NCBI GenBank assembly: GCA_963854795.1
Contig: CAWLAJ010000003.1
Span: 1-39,799, forward strand
Length of the DNA stretch: 39,799 nt
Reading direction: 5' to 3'
Origin: Deltaproteobacteria bacterium UBA4427
GTDB taxonomy: Bacteria; Myxococcota_A; UBA9160; UBA4427
Position numbers and translations under genes: made by a program. Below are positions 27,617 through 37,517 of the stretch, one piece after another; position 1 is the first letter of the stretch; the number at the start of each line of letters is the position of its first letter. Below the pieces are notes generated by a model. That model did no database searches and was not told the DNA's origin. It was given only the letters and a program-made list of their open reading frames with translations.

Positions 27617-28492
27617 ATGGCGACAGAAAAGGGGAAGCGATCGATTCCATCCGGCGGACTCGAGGGCATGGCCGTCCTGATAACTGGCGGGGGGAGCGGA
27701 ATCGGCGCGGCCTGTGCCACACGCCTCGCCGCGGACGGAGCCGCCGTGACGATCTGCGGCCGAACGGAAGCGAAGCTCGAGACTACGGCAGAGAATATCC
27801 GGGCGAGCGATCTGGGGAACGGGGGCAGCGTCCAGACCCTCGTCGCCGACGTCACGGTCGAAGACGACGTCGAGCGCATCGCGCGAAAGGCCGCCGAAAC
27901 GACGGGATCACTCGACGGCTGCATCGCCAACGCCGGCGGTGGCGGCGGAATGCGTCCTTATCACCTCCAGGACACGGAGGAATTCCTTCGCGTCCTGCAT
28001 CTGAATGTCCTGAGCACGATGCTATGCGTGAAGCATACGACGCCGCTCATGGTGAAGGCCGGCGGCGGCTCCTTCATCGGCATGTCTTCGATCGCCGGCC
28101 ACGTCACACACCCGTATTTTGGCGCCTACTGCGTTGGCAAGGCGGGCATCGAAGAGATGATGAAGAACGCGGCCGACGAATTCGGTTCACGAGGTCTTCG
28201 CTTCAACTCGATTCGCCCCGGATTCATCTCGACTGAACTCATGGCTGGCATTCCCAGAGACAGCGAAGTCTATGAATCGTATATCCGCAACACCCCTATG
28301 CGCGACGTCGGACGACCCGAGGACGTCGCCCATCTGGCGCGTTTTCTGATCGGTCCGGGAGCGCGTTGGATCACCGGTGTCGCGATCAATGTCGATGGGG
28401 GCCATTCCTTGCGCCGCGGACCCGACTTCGGCCAATTCGTCGAGCCAGCGATCGGCAAGCAAGCGCTCACGGGGGGCGAGGCGAAGGCCTGA
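27617..28492 (+). CDS. Short-chain dehydrogenase/reductase
   Basis: ITGGGSGIG, ANAGG, SSIA, catalytic YCVGK, NSIRPG, WITG..INVDGG. GGAGG RBS. Confidence 0.95.
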   Translation: MATEKGKRSIPSGGLEGMAVLITGGGSGIGAACATRLAADGAAVTICGRTEAKLETTAENIRASDLGNGGSVQTLVADVTVEDDVERIARKAAETTGSLDGCIANAGGGGGMRPYHLQDTEEFLRVLHLNVLSTMLCVKHTTPLMVKAGGGSFIGMSSIAGHVTHPYFGAYCVGKAGIEEMMKNAADEFGSRGLRFNSIRPGFISTELMAGIPRDSEVYESYIRNTPMRDVGRPEDVAHLARFLIGPGARWITGVAINVDGGHSLRRGPDFGQFVEPAIGKQALTGGEAKA

Positions 28493-28519
28493 CGGAATCC
28501 AGAGATCTTCCGCCGGCGT

Positions 28520-29614
28520 CTAGAATTCGAGCACCGTTCGCAGCCCGCGACTCGCACGCATGTCGTCGAGCCCGAGGTTCACGTCTTCGATCGGTCGCCG
28601 GCTAGTGATCATACTTTCGAGATCGAGTGCGCCCTTGCGCCAGAGGGCGAGAAACCGCGGAACGTCGCGATGGCCGTTGCAAGATCCGAGTAGAGATCCG
28701 ATCAGCTTCTTCTCTTGCGTGACGAGCATCGCCGGGATCGGCAATTCGAGCGCCGTAATCGCGGCGCCCACCATTACGGTCGTACCCCCGAGCCGACTGG
28801 CAGCGAGTCCATCCGAAATCAATTGCGAATGTCCCGCACCATCGAACGCATAATCGACGCCGATGCCGCCGGTCAATTCGATCGTTCGAGCGACGATGTC
28901 TTGTTCGTTGGGATCCAGGATATCCGTGGCACCGAAATTCGCGGCATAGCCACGCCGCTCCGCGACGGGATCCGAGACGATGATGCGCGAGGCATTGGCC
29001 AGACGAGCGCCCTGCACGATCGATATTCCGATTCCCCCGAGGCCCATCACGAGAACCGTCGCGCCCTCTTCGACCTTCGCCGTATTCAAGACCGCGCCGA
29101 CACCGGTCTGCACCGCGCAGCCGATCACGCAGGCGACCTCGAGAGGCGTGTCGTCGGGAACCTTGATCGCGCGACTCTCGCTCACGACGGCGTACTCGCC
29201 CCAGCCTCCGAGGCCAAAGCCCTGATAAACGAGAGCGCCCTTCTGGGAAAGGGGTGAAGTGCCGTCGGCGCGTAGTCCGGTGATGAAGGATCGGCCCTCC
29301 ACACAGAGCGAGAATTCACTGCGAACGCAGTAATAACAAGTGCCACAAGAAGGCAGCGGCGTCAGCATGACCTTGTCGCCCTTCGAGAGACGCGTGATTG
29401 CGCTCCCGACTTCCTCGATGATGCCGGCCGCCTCGTGCCCGTAGACGCAGGGAAGTTGTTCGCCGGCGGGCAGGTCGATCATCGTCAAATCGGAGTGGCA
29501 GATCCCACAATGCGACATCTTGACCACGACTTCCCTGGGACCCGGGTCTTCGATCTCGATGTCCTTGACGACGACGAGCGGTTGCTGATGCTTTTCGAGA
29601 AGGGCGGCTCGCAT
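28520..29614 (-). CDS. Zn-dependent alcohol dehydrogenase (class III-like MDR)
   Basis: GICHSD, GHEAAG, structural Zn CGTCYYC...LC, IGCAVQTGVGA, GLGGIG. GGAG RBS before ATG 29614. Confidence 0.95.
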   Translation of the reverse strand: MRAALLEKHQQPLVVVKDIEIEDPGPREVVVKMSHCGICHSDLTMIDLPAGEQLPCVYGHEAAGIIEEVGSAITRLSKGDKVMLTPLPSCGTCYYCVRSEFSLCVEGRSFITGLRADGTSPLSQKGALVYQGFGLGGWGEYAVVSESRAIKVPDDTPLEVACVIGCAVQTGVGAVLNTAKVEEGATVLVMGLGGIGISIVQGARLANASRIIVSDPVAERRGYAANFGATDILDPNEQDIVARTIELTGGIGVDYAFDGAGHSQLISDGLAASRLGGTTVMVGAAITALELPIPAMLVTQEKKLIGSLLGSCNGHRDVPRFLALWRKGALDLESMITSRRPIEDVNLGLDDMRASRGLRTVLEF

Positions 29615-29676
29615 TGGGGTCATTCTCCATTGACTGTTCCGAGCCGGTCCTGACCCGAAGAGTCGTGACGGCGCGG

Positions 29677-30093
29677 CTATTTCGTGAGATGCCCGCGCCC
29701 GGGGACGTGATTCACTTCGATTCGAATTCCGTCTGGGTCTTCGAACACGATCGAGTAATAGCCGGGGGCGAATCCATCCTCGCGTGGTCCGTGGACAATG
29801 GTCGCGCCAAGGCCCTCGGCGAATTCGAAAATTTCGTCGACATGTTCTCGCTCGCGCGCACGAAAACAGAAATGATGAAGGCCGACCCGTCGCTGATCGA
29901 AAGAATCGTCTTCTTTCTCCGCGTCCACGGGCGTGAGCGCAATCCCTGTGCGGCTGCCGATGCAATAGAAATAATCTTCCGTGTCGATCAGGATCTGCAT
30001 CTCGAAGAGTTCGAGCAGGGGCGCCCAGAAGGCCCGTGAGCGAGTCAAATTCGTCACGGAGAGCTGGATGTGAGCGATCCCGTTGAGTTGCAT
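29677..30093 (-). CDS. VOC/glyoxalase family protein
   Basis: IAHIQLSV..L..S..FW, GLHHFCFRA..RE.VD, GYYSIVFEDPDGIRIEVN. Confidence 0.92.
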   Translation of the reverse strand: MQLNGIAHIQLSVTNLTRSRAFWAPLLELFEMQILIDTEDYFYCIGSRTGIALTPVDAEKEDDSFDQRRVGLHHFCFRAREREHVDEIFEFAEGLGATIVHGPREDGFAPGYYSIVFEDPDGIRIEVNHVPGRGHLTK

Positions 30094-30100
30094 CGTCGCC

Positions 30101-30793
30101 TCAGCCGCCCATCAGGTTGTCGAGATTCTCGTCGAGGGTCGACAGGATCAGATCGACCGTCGCACCGTGGGCGAGTTGTTTGTTGTTGCGGAAGGCGGGT
30201 TGCTTCAGTTGCGCCAGCCGTGCAGCCGCTTCGAAGCATTCGGTCTCGAGGCGATCGGGCGAAACGACTCGATCGAGAATGCCCGCCTCGAGCGCGCCCT
30301 GCGGATCGTAGATCGTCGAGTGGACGACGGCTCGATCGAAGTGGCGCTTCGAGAGTCGAGCGCGCGCGAGCTCCAGACCGAATGTCGGAAGCGTCATTCC
30401 GATCGCCGTTTCGTTCATGCCGATCTTGAATTCACCCGATGCACCGATTCGTTCGTCCCCGGCCATCGTGATGAACGCCCCCATCGCGATCGCATGCCCC
30501 CCGCAGCCGATCACGATCGGTTTGGGGTGGTTGTAGATCGCCATCAACAGCTTTGCCCCCGCCGTCAACATTTCCCGCGCGGCAGCCGGACCCCTGCCCA
30601 TCGTCGGGAGATCGAAGCCACCGCTGAACATGCCCGTACGGCCCAGTATCACGACCGCGTTCGCCGACTCCTCGGCCTCTGCCAGACCGCTCATCAACTC
30701 GTTGGCCACCGCCGTCGAGATCGAATTCGGCTTGCCATGATCGAGCCGCAGAACGCAGGTGTCGTCCTGCATTTCGCTTTTCACAAATTCCAT
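30101..30793 (-). CDS. Crotonase family protein (enoyl-CoA isomerase-like, short form)
   Basis: D.GKPN, FSGGFDL, GHAIAMGAF, KIGMNE.AIGM.LP. AAGGGGA RBS before ATG 30793. Confidence 0.9.
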   Translation of the reverse strand: MEFVKSEMQDDTCVLRLDHGKPNSISTAVANELMSGLAEAEESANAVVILGRTGMFSGGFDLPTMGRGPAAAREMLTAGAKLLMAIYNHPKPIVIGCGGHAIAMGAFITMAGDERIGASGEFKIGMNETAIGMTLPTFGLELARARLSKRHFDRAVVHSTIYDPQGALEAGILDRVVSPDRLETECFEAAARLAQLKQPAFRNNKQLAHGATVDLILSTLDENLDNLMGG

Positions 30794-30844
30794 CGGATTC
30801 CCCTTCACTGATTCAATAGCCGTTGCGATTGCCCGACCGGATTT

Positions 30845-33800
30845 TCAACTGGCGCGGACGACTGAAATCCAGATCGTCGACCCGGCCAGTTCCATCTCGT
30901 CGCTGGCCTCGGACCCCTTGACCTCTTCACTCGAAGCCAACTCGAGAGCCAGGACCTCGCGACCGATCATCTCGGCATGCTCGCCGAGAGCGGCCTGAAC
31001 CTCGGTATCTTCGCAGGACCACGCGACCCGGATGCGATCGGAAATCTCGAATCCCTTGGCCTTGCGGGCGTTGTTCAACAGGTTGATCGCATCGCGGGCG
31101 ATGCCCTCCCGCCGGAGCACATCGTCGAGGGCCGTATCGAGCACGACCGTGTATTCCCCATCGGTCGCCGTCGCCGCGTCGCCGGCGACCTCGCGCTGGA
31201 ACAAAACATCTTCGAGACCGAGCTCTTCGCCGGCAACCGCGATCGACTCACCCGCCTCCAGTCGACTCACCTCTTCGAAACCCCAGCCCGCGAGCACCGG
31301 ACCGATCTCTTTCAGTTTCGGGCCACAGCGTTTGCCCAGCGTCTTGAAATTCGGCTTCACGGTCACCGTCGCGACCGCGCTCTCATCCTTCTCGACGGAG
31401 ACGACCTTCACGTTCAATTCGCTCGCGATCAAGGCACTCGCGGCGACGACATCCTCGCGCACGGTTTCATCGCGATGAACGACCTTCAATTCCCGCAGCG
31501 GCTGCCTGACCTTGATCTTGAAGTCCTCGCGAACGCGGCGACCGAGCGTCGAGATCGCACGGACGGTCGACATTCGCCTTTCGAGTGTGGCATCGAGCAT
31601 CGACTCGTCGACCTGCGGATAGTCACACCAATGCACACTCGCGGCCGCAGAATCGTCGACCGGGCGTACGAGTCGCTGATAGACGACCTCCGTCAGGAAG
31701 GGCATGAACGGGGCCAAAAGCGTCGAGAACGTGGTCAGGACTTCGTAGAGCGTCGCGTAGGCGTTCGTCTTGTCGCCGTCGTCTTCGGCCTTCCAAAAAC
31801 GCTCGCGCGATCGTCGCACATACCAATTCGTGAGATCGTCGATGAAACCCACGAGGCGAGGGACGACCGTGTAGAGCCGATACGCCTCCATCTCCTGATT
31901 CACGTCGCGGACCAGGCTCTGGAGCACGGATAGGATCCAGCGATCGATGTCCGCTCGCTCCGCGACGGGCGCGGCTTGCCACGAACTCGAGCGGGGATCG
32001 TAGTGGTCGAGGCTCGCATAGGTCGTAAAGAACGAGAGGACGTTCCAATAGGGCAGCACGACCGTGCGTACGATCTCCTTGAGACCCGACTCCTCGAAGC
32101 GCAGTTCTTCGGCCCGCACGACGGGCGAGTCGATCAAATACGCGCGCAGTGCATCCGCGCCGAAGGCATCGAGCATCTCGTTGGGATCGGGATAATTCTT
32201 CAGGCTCTTCGACATCTTTTTGCCGTCGGCAGCCAGGATCATCCCGTTCACGATGACATTCTTGTACGGGCTCGTTCCGAACAGACTCGTCCCGAGAACC
32301 AGCGACGTGTAGAACCAACCGCGGGTCTGATCGAGCCCCTCGGCAATGAAATGCGCGGGGAAGAACGAATCGAGCTCGGCTTCGCGCTCGAAGGGGTAGT
32401 GCTGCTGCGCATAGGGCATCGAACCCGACTCGAACCAGCAGTCGAGGACTTCGGGCGTCCTCCGGTAGGTCCGCCCGTCGCGCTCGATCACGATCTCATC
32501 GACGATGTGCTTGTGAAGATCGTCGACGGCGATCCCGGAGAGCTCTTCGAGTTCGGCTCGAGAGCCGACACAAATCGTATCCTCGGGATCCTCAACATTG
32601 ACCCAGACCGGAATGCAAGAACCCCAGAAGCGGTTGCGACTGATATTCCAATCGTTGGCGTCTCGCAGCCAATTCCCAAAACGATTCGAGCCCACGTTTT
32701 CGGGAACCCAACCCACGGCGTCGTTGTTCGCGACGAGATCCTCTCGCAGATCCTCGACCTTGACATACCAGGCCTCGATCGCGCGATAGATGAGCGGTGT
32801 ATCGGTTCGTTCGCAGAAGGGATAGCTATGCACGGTCGTGCTCTGCGCAACGAGGTTGCCGTCCTCCTTCAGTCTACGAATGATCGCCTTGTCGGCATCC
32901 TTGCAGAAGAGGCCTTCGAATTCGCTCACCGGCTGACAAAAGCGCGCTTCGCGATCGAGGGGATCGACGAGATCGATGTCGGCCACTCGGCAGATCCTGA
33001 AATCGTCTTCGCCATAGGCGGGGGCAATATGGACGATGCCGGTTCCTTCGTCCGTCGTGACGAAATCATCTTCGAGCACGACGAAACTATTGGCGTGGTC
33101 GGCGTAATAGGGAAAGAGGGGCTCGTATCGAAGTCCCAGCAGGTCCTCGCCTCGCACGCTTCGAACGAGGCGATATTTCTCGCCGGACAATCCCTCGGTC
33201 ACGCTGTCCTCGTCGAGAGCCTTCGTCAGGATTTTCGCGAGGGGCTTGTCGTAGGCGCCGAGTCTCGCCTGCGCGAAAACCAATTGGTCCCCACTCTCGA
33301 GATCTTCCACGACGACGTATTCGATCGCTCGGCCGACGCAGAGCGCCAGATTCTCCGGAAGCGTCCAAGGCGTCGTCGTCCACGCGGTCAAATGAAGGGC
33401 CGCGCCCTCACGAAGGTTCGAAGCGACACGGTCTGTGCCGTCGACGACACGCATGCGAACCGTGATCGCGGGATCTTGAATGTCCTTGTAGTTGTTGTTG
33501 GCCTCGAAATTCGAAAGCGGCGTCGCCAGCTTGCAGGAGTAAGGCATGATCCGGTAGCTCTTGTAGACCCGATCCTTGTCCCAGAGCTGTTTAAAGACCC
33601 ACCACACCGACTCCATATAGTCGACGTCCATCGTCTTGTAGTCGTCGTCGAAATCGACCCAACGTCCCATTCGTGTGACGGTCTCGCGCCACTCCGCGAC
33701 ATAGGTGTCGACCATCTTTCGACACTGCTCATTGAAGACGTCGACGCCTCGTTCGAGAATATCGGCGGTCCCGGCAAGTCCGAGCGCTTCTTGTGCCAGG

Positions 33801-34102
33801 GCTTCGATCGGAAGCCCATGGCAATCCCAACCGAAACGCCTCTCGACGAAATGACCGCGCATATTCCAGAATCGTGGAACGATGTCCTTGATCGTTCCCG
33901 CCAGGAGATGACCATAGTGTGGCGTTCCGGTCGCAAAGGGCGGACCGTCGTAGAAGATGAACGCGGGACTCCCGGCCCGCCTTCGATTGCTCTCGGCGAA
34001 GGCATCGATGTCCCGCCAAAGCTCCAGGATCTCGCGTTCCATCGCGGGGAAATCGGCGCTGGCTTCGACACGCTCGAAGACGGGATCGGCAGAATCGCTC
34101 AT
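30845..34102 (-). CDS. ileS: Isoleucine--tRNA ligase, type 2 (eukaryote/archaea-like)
   Basis: YDGPPFATGTPHYGH, FGWDCHGLPIE, WTTTPWTLP, GTGIVHIAPAYGEDD, DWNISRNRFWG, AEGLDQTRGWFY, KMSKS, long C-terminus with EGIARD..ISDRI. Start inferred at ATG 34102. Confidence 0.97.
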   Translation of the reverse strand: MSDSADPVFERVEASADFPAMEREILELWRDIDAFAESNRRRAGSPAFIFYDGPPFATGTPHYGHLLAGTIKDIVPRFWNMRGHFVERRFGWDCHGLPIEALAQEALGLAGTADILERGVDVFNEQCRKMVDTYVAEWRETVTRMGRWVDFDDDYKTMDVDYMESVWWVFKQLWDKDRVYKSYRIMPYSCKLATPLSNFEANNNYKDIQDPAITVRMRVVDGTDRVASNLREGAALHLTAWTTTPWTLPENLALCVGRAIEYVVVEDLESGDQLVFAQARLGAYDKPLAKILTKALDEDSVTEGLSGEKYRLVRSVRGEDLLGLRYEPLFPYYADHANSFVVLEDDFVTTDEGTGIVHIAPAYGEDDFRICRVADIDLVDPLDREARFCQPVSEFEGLFCKDADKAIIRRLKEDGNLVAQSTTVHSYPFCERTDTPLIYRAIEAWYVKVEDLREDLVANNDAVGWVPENVGSNRFGNWLRDANDWNISRNRFWGSCIPVWVNVEDPEDTICVGSRAELEELSGIAVDDLHKHIVDEIVIERDGRTYRRTPEVLDCWFESGSMPYAQQHYPFEREAELDSFFPAHFIAEGLDQTRGWFYTSLVLGTSLFGTSPYKNVIVNGMILAADGKKMSKSLKNYPDPNEMLDAFGADALRAYLIDSPVVRAEELRFEESGLKEIVRTVVLPYWNVLSFFTTYASLDHYDPRSSSWQAAPVAERADIDRWILSVLQSLVRDVNQEMEAYRLYTVVPRLVGFIDDLTNWYVRRSRERFWKAEDDGDKTNAYATLYEVLTTFSTLLAPFMPFLTEVVYQRLVRPVDDSAAASVHWCDYPQVDESMLDATLERRMSTVRAISTLGRRVREDFKIKVRQPLRELKVVHRDETVREDVVAASALIASELNVKVVSVEKDESAVATVTVKPNFKTLGKRCGPKLKEIGPVLAGWGFEEVSRLEAGESIAVAGEELGLEDVLFQREVAGDAATATDGEYTVVLDTALDDVLRREGIARDAINLLNNARKAKGFEISDRIRVAWSCEDTEVQAALGEHAEMIGREVLALELASSEEVKGSEASDEMELAGSTIWISVVRAS

Positions 34103-34268
34103 CGGAATCGTGCTCGGGAACTCGTTTTCAACAACGTCCTGGGTCTCCTCAAGGCCTACGGGAGTATGGGGGCAAACGCGCCGCGCCTCAATCGCCTGGC
34201 GCGAATCGCGGTCGCCGAGTCGACCCGCTTCTGTGCTAAACCGGGCGGACCTCGAAAGGAAGCCAACC

Positions 34269-34709
34269 ATGGACCTCGGCCTCGCCCTCAATGGCACCAA
34301 CCCGCTCTTCATCGATCTCGCCCTGCTCTTCGGACGTGTGGCCATCGGACTCTGTTTCGTGGTCCATGCGCTCGGAAAGCTGGGAATCGTCGGGAATGGG
34401 ACGATGGATGGCTTCGCGCAATGGCTCGGGGACCTCGGCATGCCGATGCCCGCCGTTTCTGCCCGCATGGCCATGGTTTCGGAACTCTCGGGCGGAATCC
34501 TCCTGGCGCTCGGGTTGGCGACCCGACCGGCCGCCTTCGTGCTGATCGTCACAATGACGGTCGCCGGCATCGTCGGACATCGCGGTGCCGGATACCTGAT
34601 CACCAACGAACCTCCGGGCGCCGAGTACACGTTCAATCTCGCCGTCGTCTGTCTGATGTTCCTGATGATGGGTCCCGGAACGATTTCGCTCGACGCAATT
34701 CTCTTCTAG
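34269..34709 (+). CDS. DoxX family membrane protein
   Basis: L..RVAIG..FVVH..GK, E..GGILL.LGL.TR.AA, G.EY..L......GPG.ISLD. AAGGAAG RBS. Confidence 0.92.
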   Translation: MDLGLALNGTNPLFIDLALLFGRVAIGLCFVVHALGKLGIVGNGTMDGFAQWLGDLGMPMPAVSARMAMVSELSGGILLALGLATRPAAFVLIVTMTVAGIVGHRGAGYLITNEPPGAEYTFNLAVVCLMFLMMGPGTISLDAILF

Positions 34710-34833
34710 TTCCGGCTCGCGGGTCCGCACCAGACCCTGCGCTCGAGACCCCGAACTCTCCCAACCTTCGAGCGCCAATTTCACCCGAGTTTCGAAGGTT
34801 GGTCGGTCCCAAAGAATCGCACGCGGACTATGC

Positions 34834-35640
34834 TTGACCCGCCGGAGTCTGCCGACGGGGGGTCGTCTACAGGTGCTGAAACTGTGTCTCGCGCTGCCTG
34901 TCTTCTATCCGACCTTCGCCGGAGGACCGCTGCGCTTCCTGCGTTACCAACCCGGACTACAAGAACGTGACGTTCAGACATGAGTCCTCGCCGGTACCGC
35001 TCGAGCCAAAAACGACTTCCATCCTGGGGACGATCCGCAGAATCCGCGTTCAGGACGATGGCAACTCCCTCTCGCGACGGTTCCAGGTCCTGGCGGTACT
35101 CGACCCGAGGCGAGGGTCAAAGCGGTTGCCATCGGCCGGATGCAGACATTGGAAAAGATCGAGGGCATGCCCGTCCACCGCGTTCGCCTGCCCACCTCGA
35201 CCGGTGTTCGACGAACGTCCGCCTATTTTCGTGCGCTGAGCAAGCTCTGCGGCAATCCGGAAACGAGACCCGACGTCATCCAGCTTCATTCTTTCGAGCG
35301 CCTGGAATCGCTCTTCTGGCTCTGACGTCTTCGACGCCTGGGCATTCCCCTCCTCTACGCGATTCAGATCGCGCGCCCGATTCGCCAACGCTGGAAGCTC
35401 GCTGGGCATCTCGAGAACACGATGCTTCGCGTTTTCTACAACGGCTTCGATGACATCGTCGCCGAGAGCGATTCGATCGCCGATCGGATTCGAAGCCTCG
35501 GCGTGCGAACGCCGATCGAACTCATCTCGAACGGCGTCGACCTCGATCAATTCCGGCCGCGCAACGATCACGTTGAGCGCGATCGCGCCCGCCGCGCGAT
35601 CAGCGTTTTCGGGAAGGGCCCCATACTTCTTTCGGTCGGC
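34834..35640 (+). pseudogene. Glycosyltransferase family 4 (GT-B) N-terminal remnant
   Basis: One frame: LKLCLALPVFYPTFAGGPLRF..QT*VLAGT..IEGMPVHRVRLP..PDVIQLH..FWL*RLRRLGIP..IVAESDSI..ISNGVDLDQFRP..PILLSVG. In-frame TGA at 34981 and 35323; GT4 similarity stops abruptly after LLSVG. Confidence 0.8.
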
Positions 35641-36341
35641 GGTCCACCGGGGCGTCGGCGCGATCCGAGCCAGAACCCGAATTCGACTTTCTCCTGACGA
35701 GGGCCAGGACGCCCTTCTTCGATGATCGCGAGAAAAGGGAATTGCATGACACCCTGGAAGATTGCGCGGCGGCGCTCGACCGCGCTCGATATCGCGTGCT
35801 CGTACGGATCTTCGACGCGGAGCTTCGCGAGGCCGTGCAGAAGAAACTGCCCAGCTGCGTCGTCGACTCGAGCGGTCTATTTGCCGATGCGGTGCGGCGC
35901 GCTAGATGTGTCATTGGAACCTCCAGCAGCGTTCTTCTCGAAGCCATGCGTCTGGGTCGCCCGACCGGCCAGCTGATCTTTCGAGACAGCCCCCTCTTCT
36001 ATCAGTCGGGCTGGCTGCTTGGATGCAATACCAACTGGACCGAGAGTTTCTCGGCGATGGTCGCTGGAAATCCGGATCGGATGAGTCGACAGCGTCGGAC
36101 GCTCGAAGAAAATCTTAGCGACACCGATTTCTATTCGCTGTGCCGGGAAGTGGCGGAGGGCAGGATGCTCGAATCACCACGACCCATCGATCTCGCGGAC
36201 GCAGAGTTCGAGAATGAACTGTTTCGTGCCATTCTCGGTTGGCGCGCGACGCTCTTCGCGCCGCTTCTGCGCCTCGTCTACTCCCGGCGGCGGCGAAACG
36301 GGGCGCTCCCGCAGACAGACGCCGACCCACGAAGCGGCTAA
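35640..36341 (+). pseudogene. C-terminal fragment of a GT-B-type polysaccharide biosynthesis protein
   Basis: The frame is open upstream of the called TTG (..EPEFDFLLTRARTPFFDDREKRELHD..) with no convincing start or RBS; motif ARCVIGTSSSVLLEAMRLGRP is typical of GT-B C-terminal domains. Confidence 0.6.
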
Positions 36342-36350
36342 GCTGGCCCG

Positions 36351-36941
36351 ATGCCCAGGCGCCCCGTCCGATATCTCATCGCCCGAATCTTGATCAGGGT
36401 GACTGGCTGGAGGCCCGACGGCGTTCGCCCAGAGCCGAAGAAATACGTGCTGATCGCGGCGCCCCATACGACCAATTGGGATTTCATCTACCTGATCGCG
36501 TTCGCCGCTCTTTTCGACATCGAAATCTCATGGATGGGCAAGCACACGCTCTTCCGTTGGCCCTTCGGTCCGATCATGCGCGCGCTAGGCGGCGTTCCTG
36601 TCCGCCGAAGAAAGAGCGAGAAGCTGGTCAGCGCGATGGCCAGGACCTTCGACGACCATGAAGAACTGGGGATCGTGGTTCCCGCGGAAGGGACCCGTAC
36701 TTATGTCGAGTATTGGAAGTCCGGGTTCTATCACATCGCGATGACGGCCGACGTTCCCATCGTCATGAGCTACCTCGACTATGCGAAGAAGCTTGGCGGC
36801 TTCGGGCCGGCCTTCTTTCCGTCCGGGGACATCAGCAAGGACATGGACACCATACGCGCCTTCTACGAAGGCCGCGAAGGCAAATATCCTGCCCTCTTCG
36901 GTCGCATCCGTCTGCGCGAAGAAGACGCACCGCAGAGTTGA
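36351..36941 (+). CDS. Lysophospholipid acyltransferase (PlsC-like)
   Basis: APHTTNWD (HxxxxD), GKHTLF, LGGVPV.R, PAEGTR, WKSGFYHIA. The frame is intact. Confidence 0.93.
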   Translation: MPRRPVRYLIARILIRVTGWRPDGVRPEPKKYVLIAAPHTTNWDFIYLIAFAALFDIEISWMGKHTLFRWPFGPIMRALGGVPVRRRKSEKLVSAMARTFDDHEELGIVVPAEGTRTYVEYWKSGFYHIAMTADVPIVMSYLDYAKKLGGFGPAFFPSGDISKDMDTIRAFYEGREGKYPALFGRIRLREEDAPQS

Positions 36942-36978
36942 CCGGCTCGAAAGAAAACGTCGATTCCGGACACGCACG

Positions 36979-37007
36979 GGAACCTTCGGGCGACTCGCCC
37001 CCCCCTA
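36979..37007 (+). promoter_or_regulatory. Possible ECF-type autoregulatory promoter
   Basis: GGAACC (-35-like, AAC core) at 36979-36984, positioned so that transcription would begin near the GTG at 37013; the -10 element is not canonical. Confidence 0.3.
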
Positions 37008-37012
37008 GTACG

Positions 37013-37517
37013 GTGGCCAACGCCGACTAAATCCAAGCGGCCCAAAGCGGGGATCTGATCGCGATGAGCGATCTACTGGATACCTTGATGCCCTGGGTCG
37101 GCCGCCTGTGTGGCTCGATCGCGCTCGATGCCGGTCCGGATGCGGCGCAGGAAACCCTGATCCAGGTGATGCGAGACTTGAAGAGCCTGCGCGATCCCTC
37201 CTCATTGCGCTCCTGGGTCCGACGCATCGCGACACGCGAGGCGATTCGACATGCGGCGCGCGCGCCGCGAACCCACGATCGAACACGCCGACGAGATCCG
37301 ACACGACCGAGACGTCGCCCTCGATCCCGGACTTCGTCACGACGTCGCCATCGTACTGGCGGACCTGTCGACAGACCAGCGCGCCATCCTGATCCTGCGA
37401 GATCTCGAAGGGCTCTCCGAAGCCGAAGCGACGGCCGTTCTCGATGTCGCAAAAGGCACCAGCAAATCTAGATTGCATCGCGCCCGCGAGGCTTTTCGAA
37501 AGAGGTGGCCGACATGA
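37013..37517 (+). pseudogene. ECF RNA polymerase sigma factor, disrupted (nonsense codon plus frameshift)
   Basis: GTG 37013: MANAD*IQAAQSGDLIAMSDLL..DAAQETLIQV..LRSWVRRIATREAIRHA (sigma2). After a frameshift at about 37250-37265 comes LADLSTDQRAILILRDLEGLSEAE..LDVAKGTSKSRLHRAR (sigma4). Confidence 0.88.

Noticed and set aside
31976-34837. 953-aa plus-strand ORF
   Set aside because: Antisense shadow of ileS caused by GC-rich codon bias; only its overlap region coincides with doxX, which is in a different frame; no recognisable motifs.
34981-35325. In-frame TGA codons in the glycosyltransferase remnant as Sec or read-through sites
   Set aside because: Not in Cys-type motifs, no hairpin at the SECIS distance, and the gene is also truncated; better explained as nonsense mutations.
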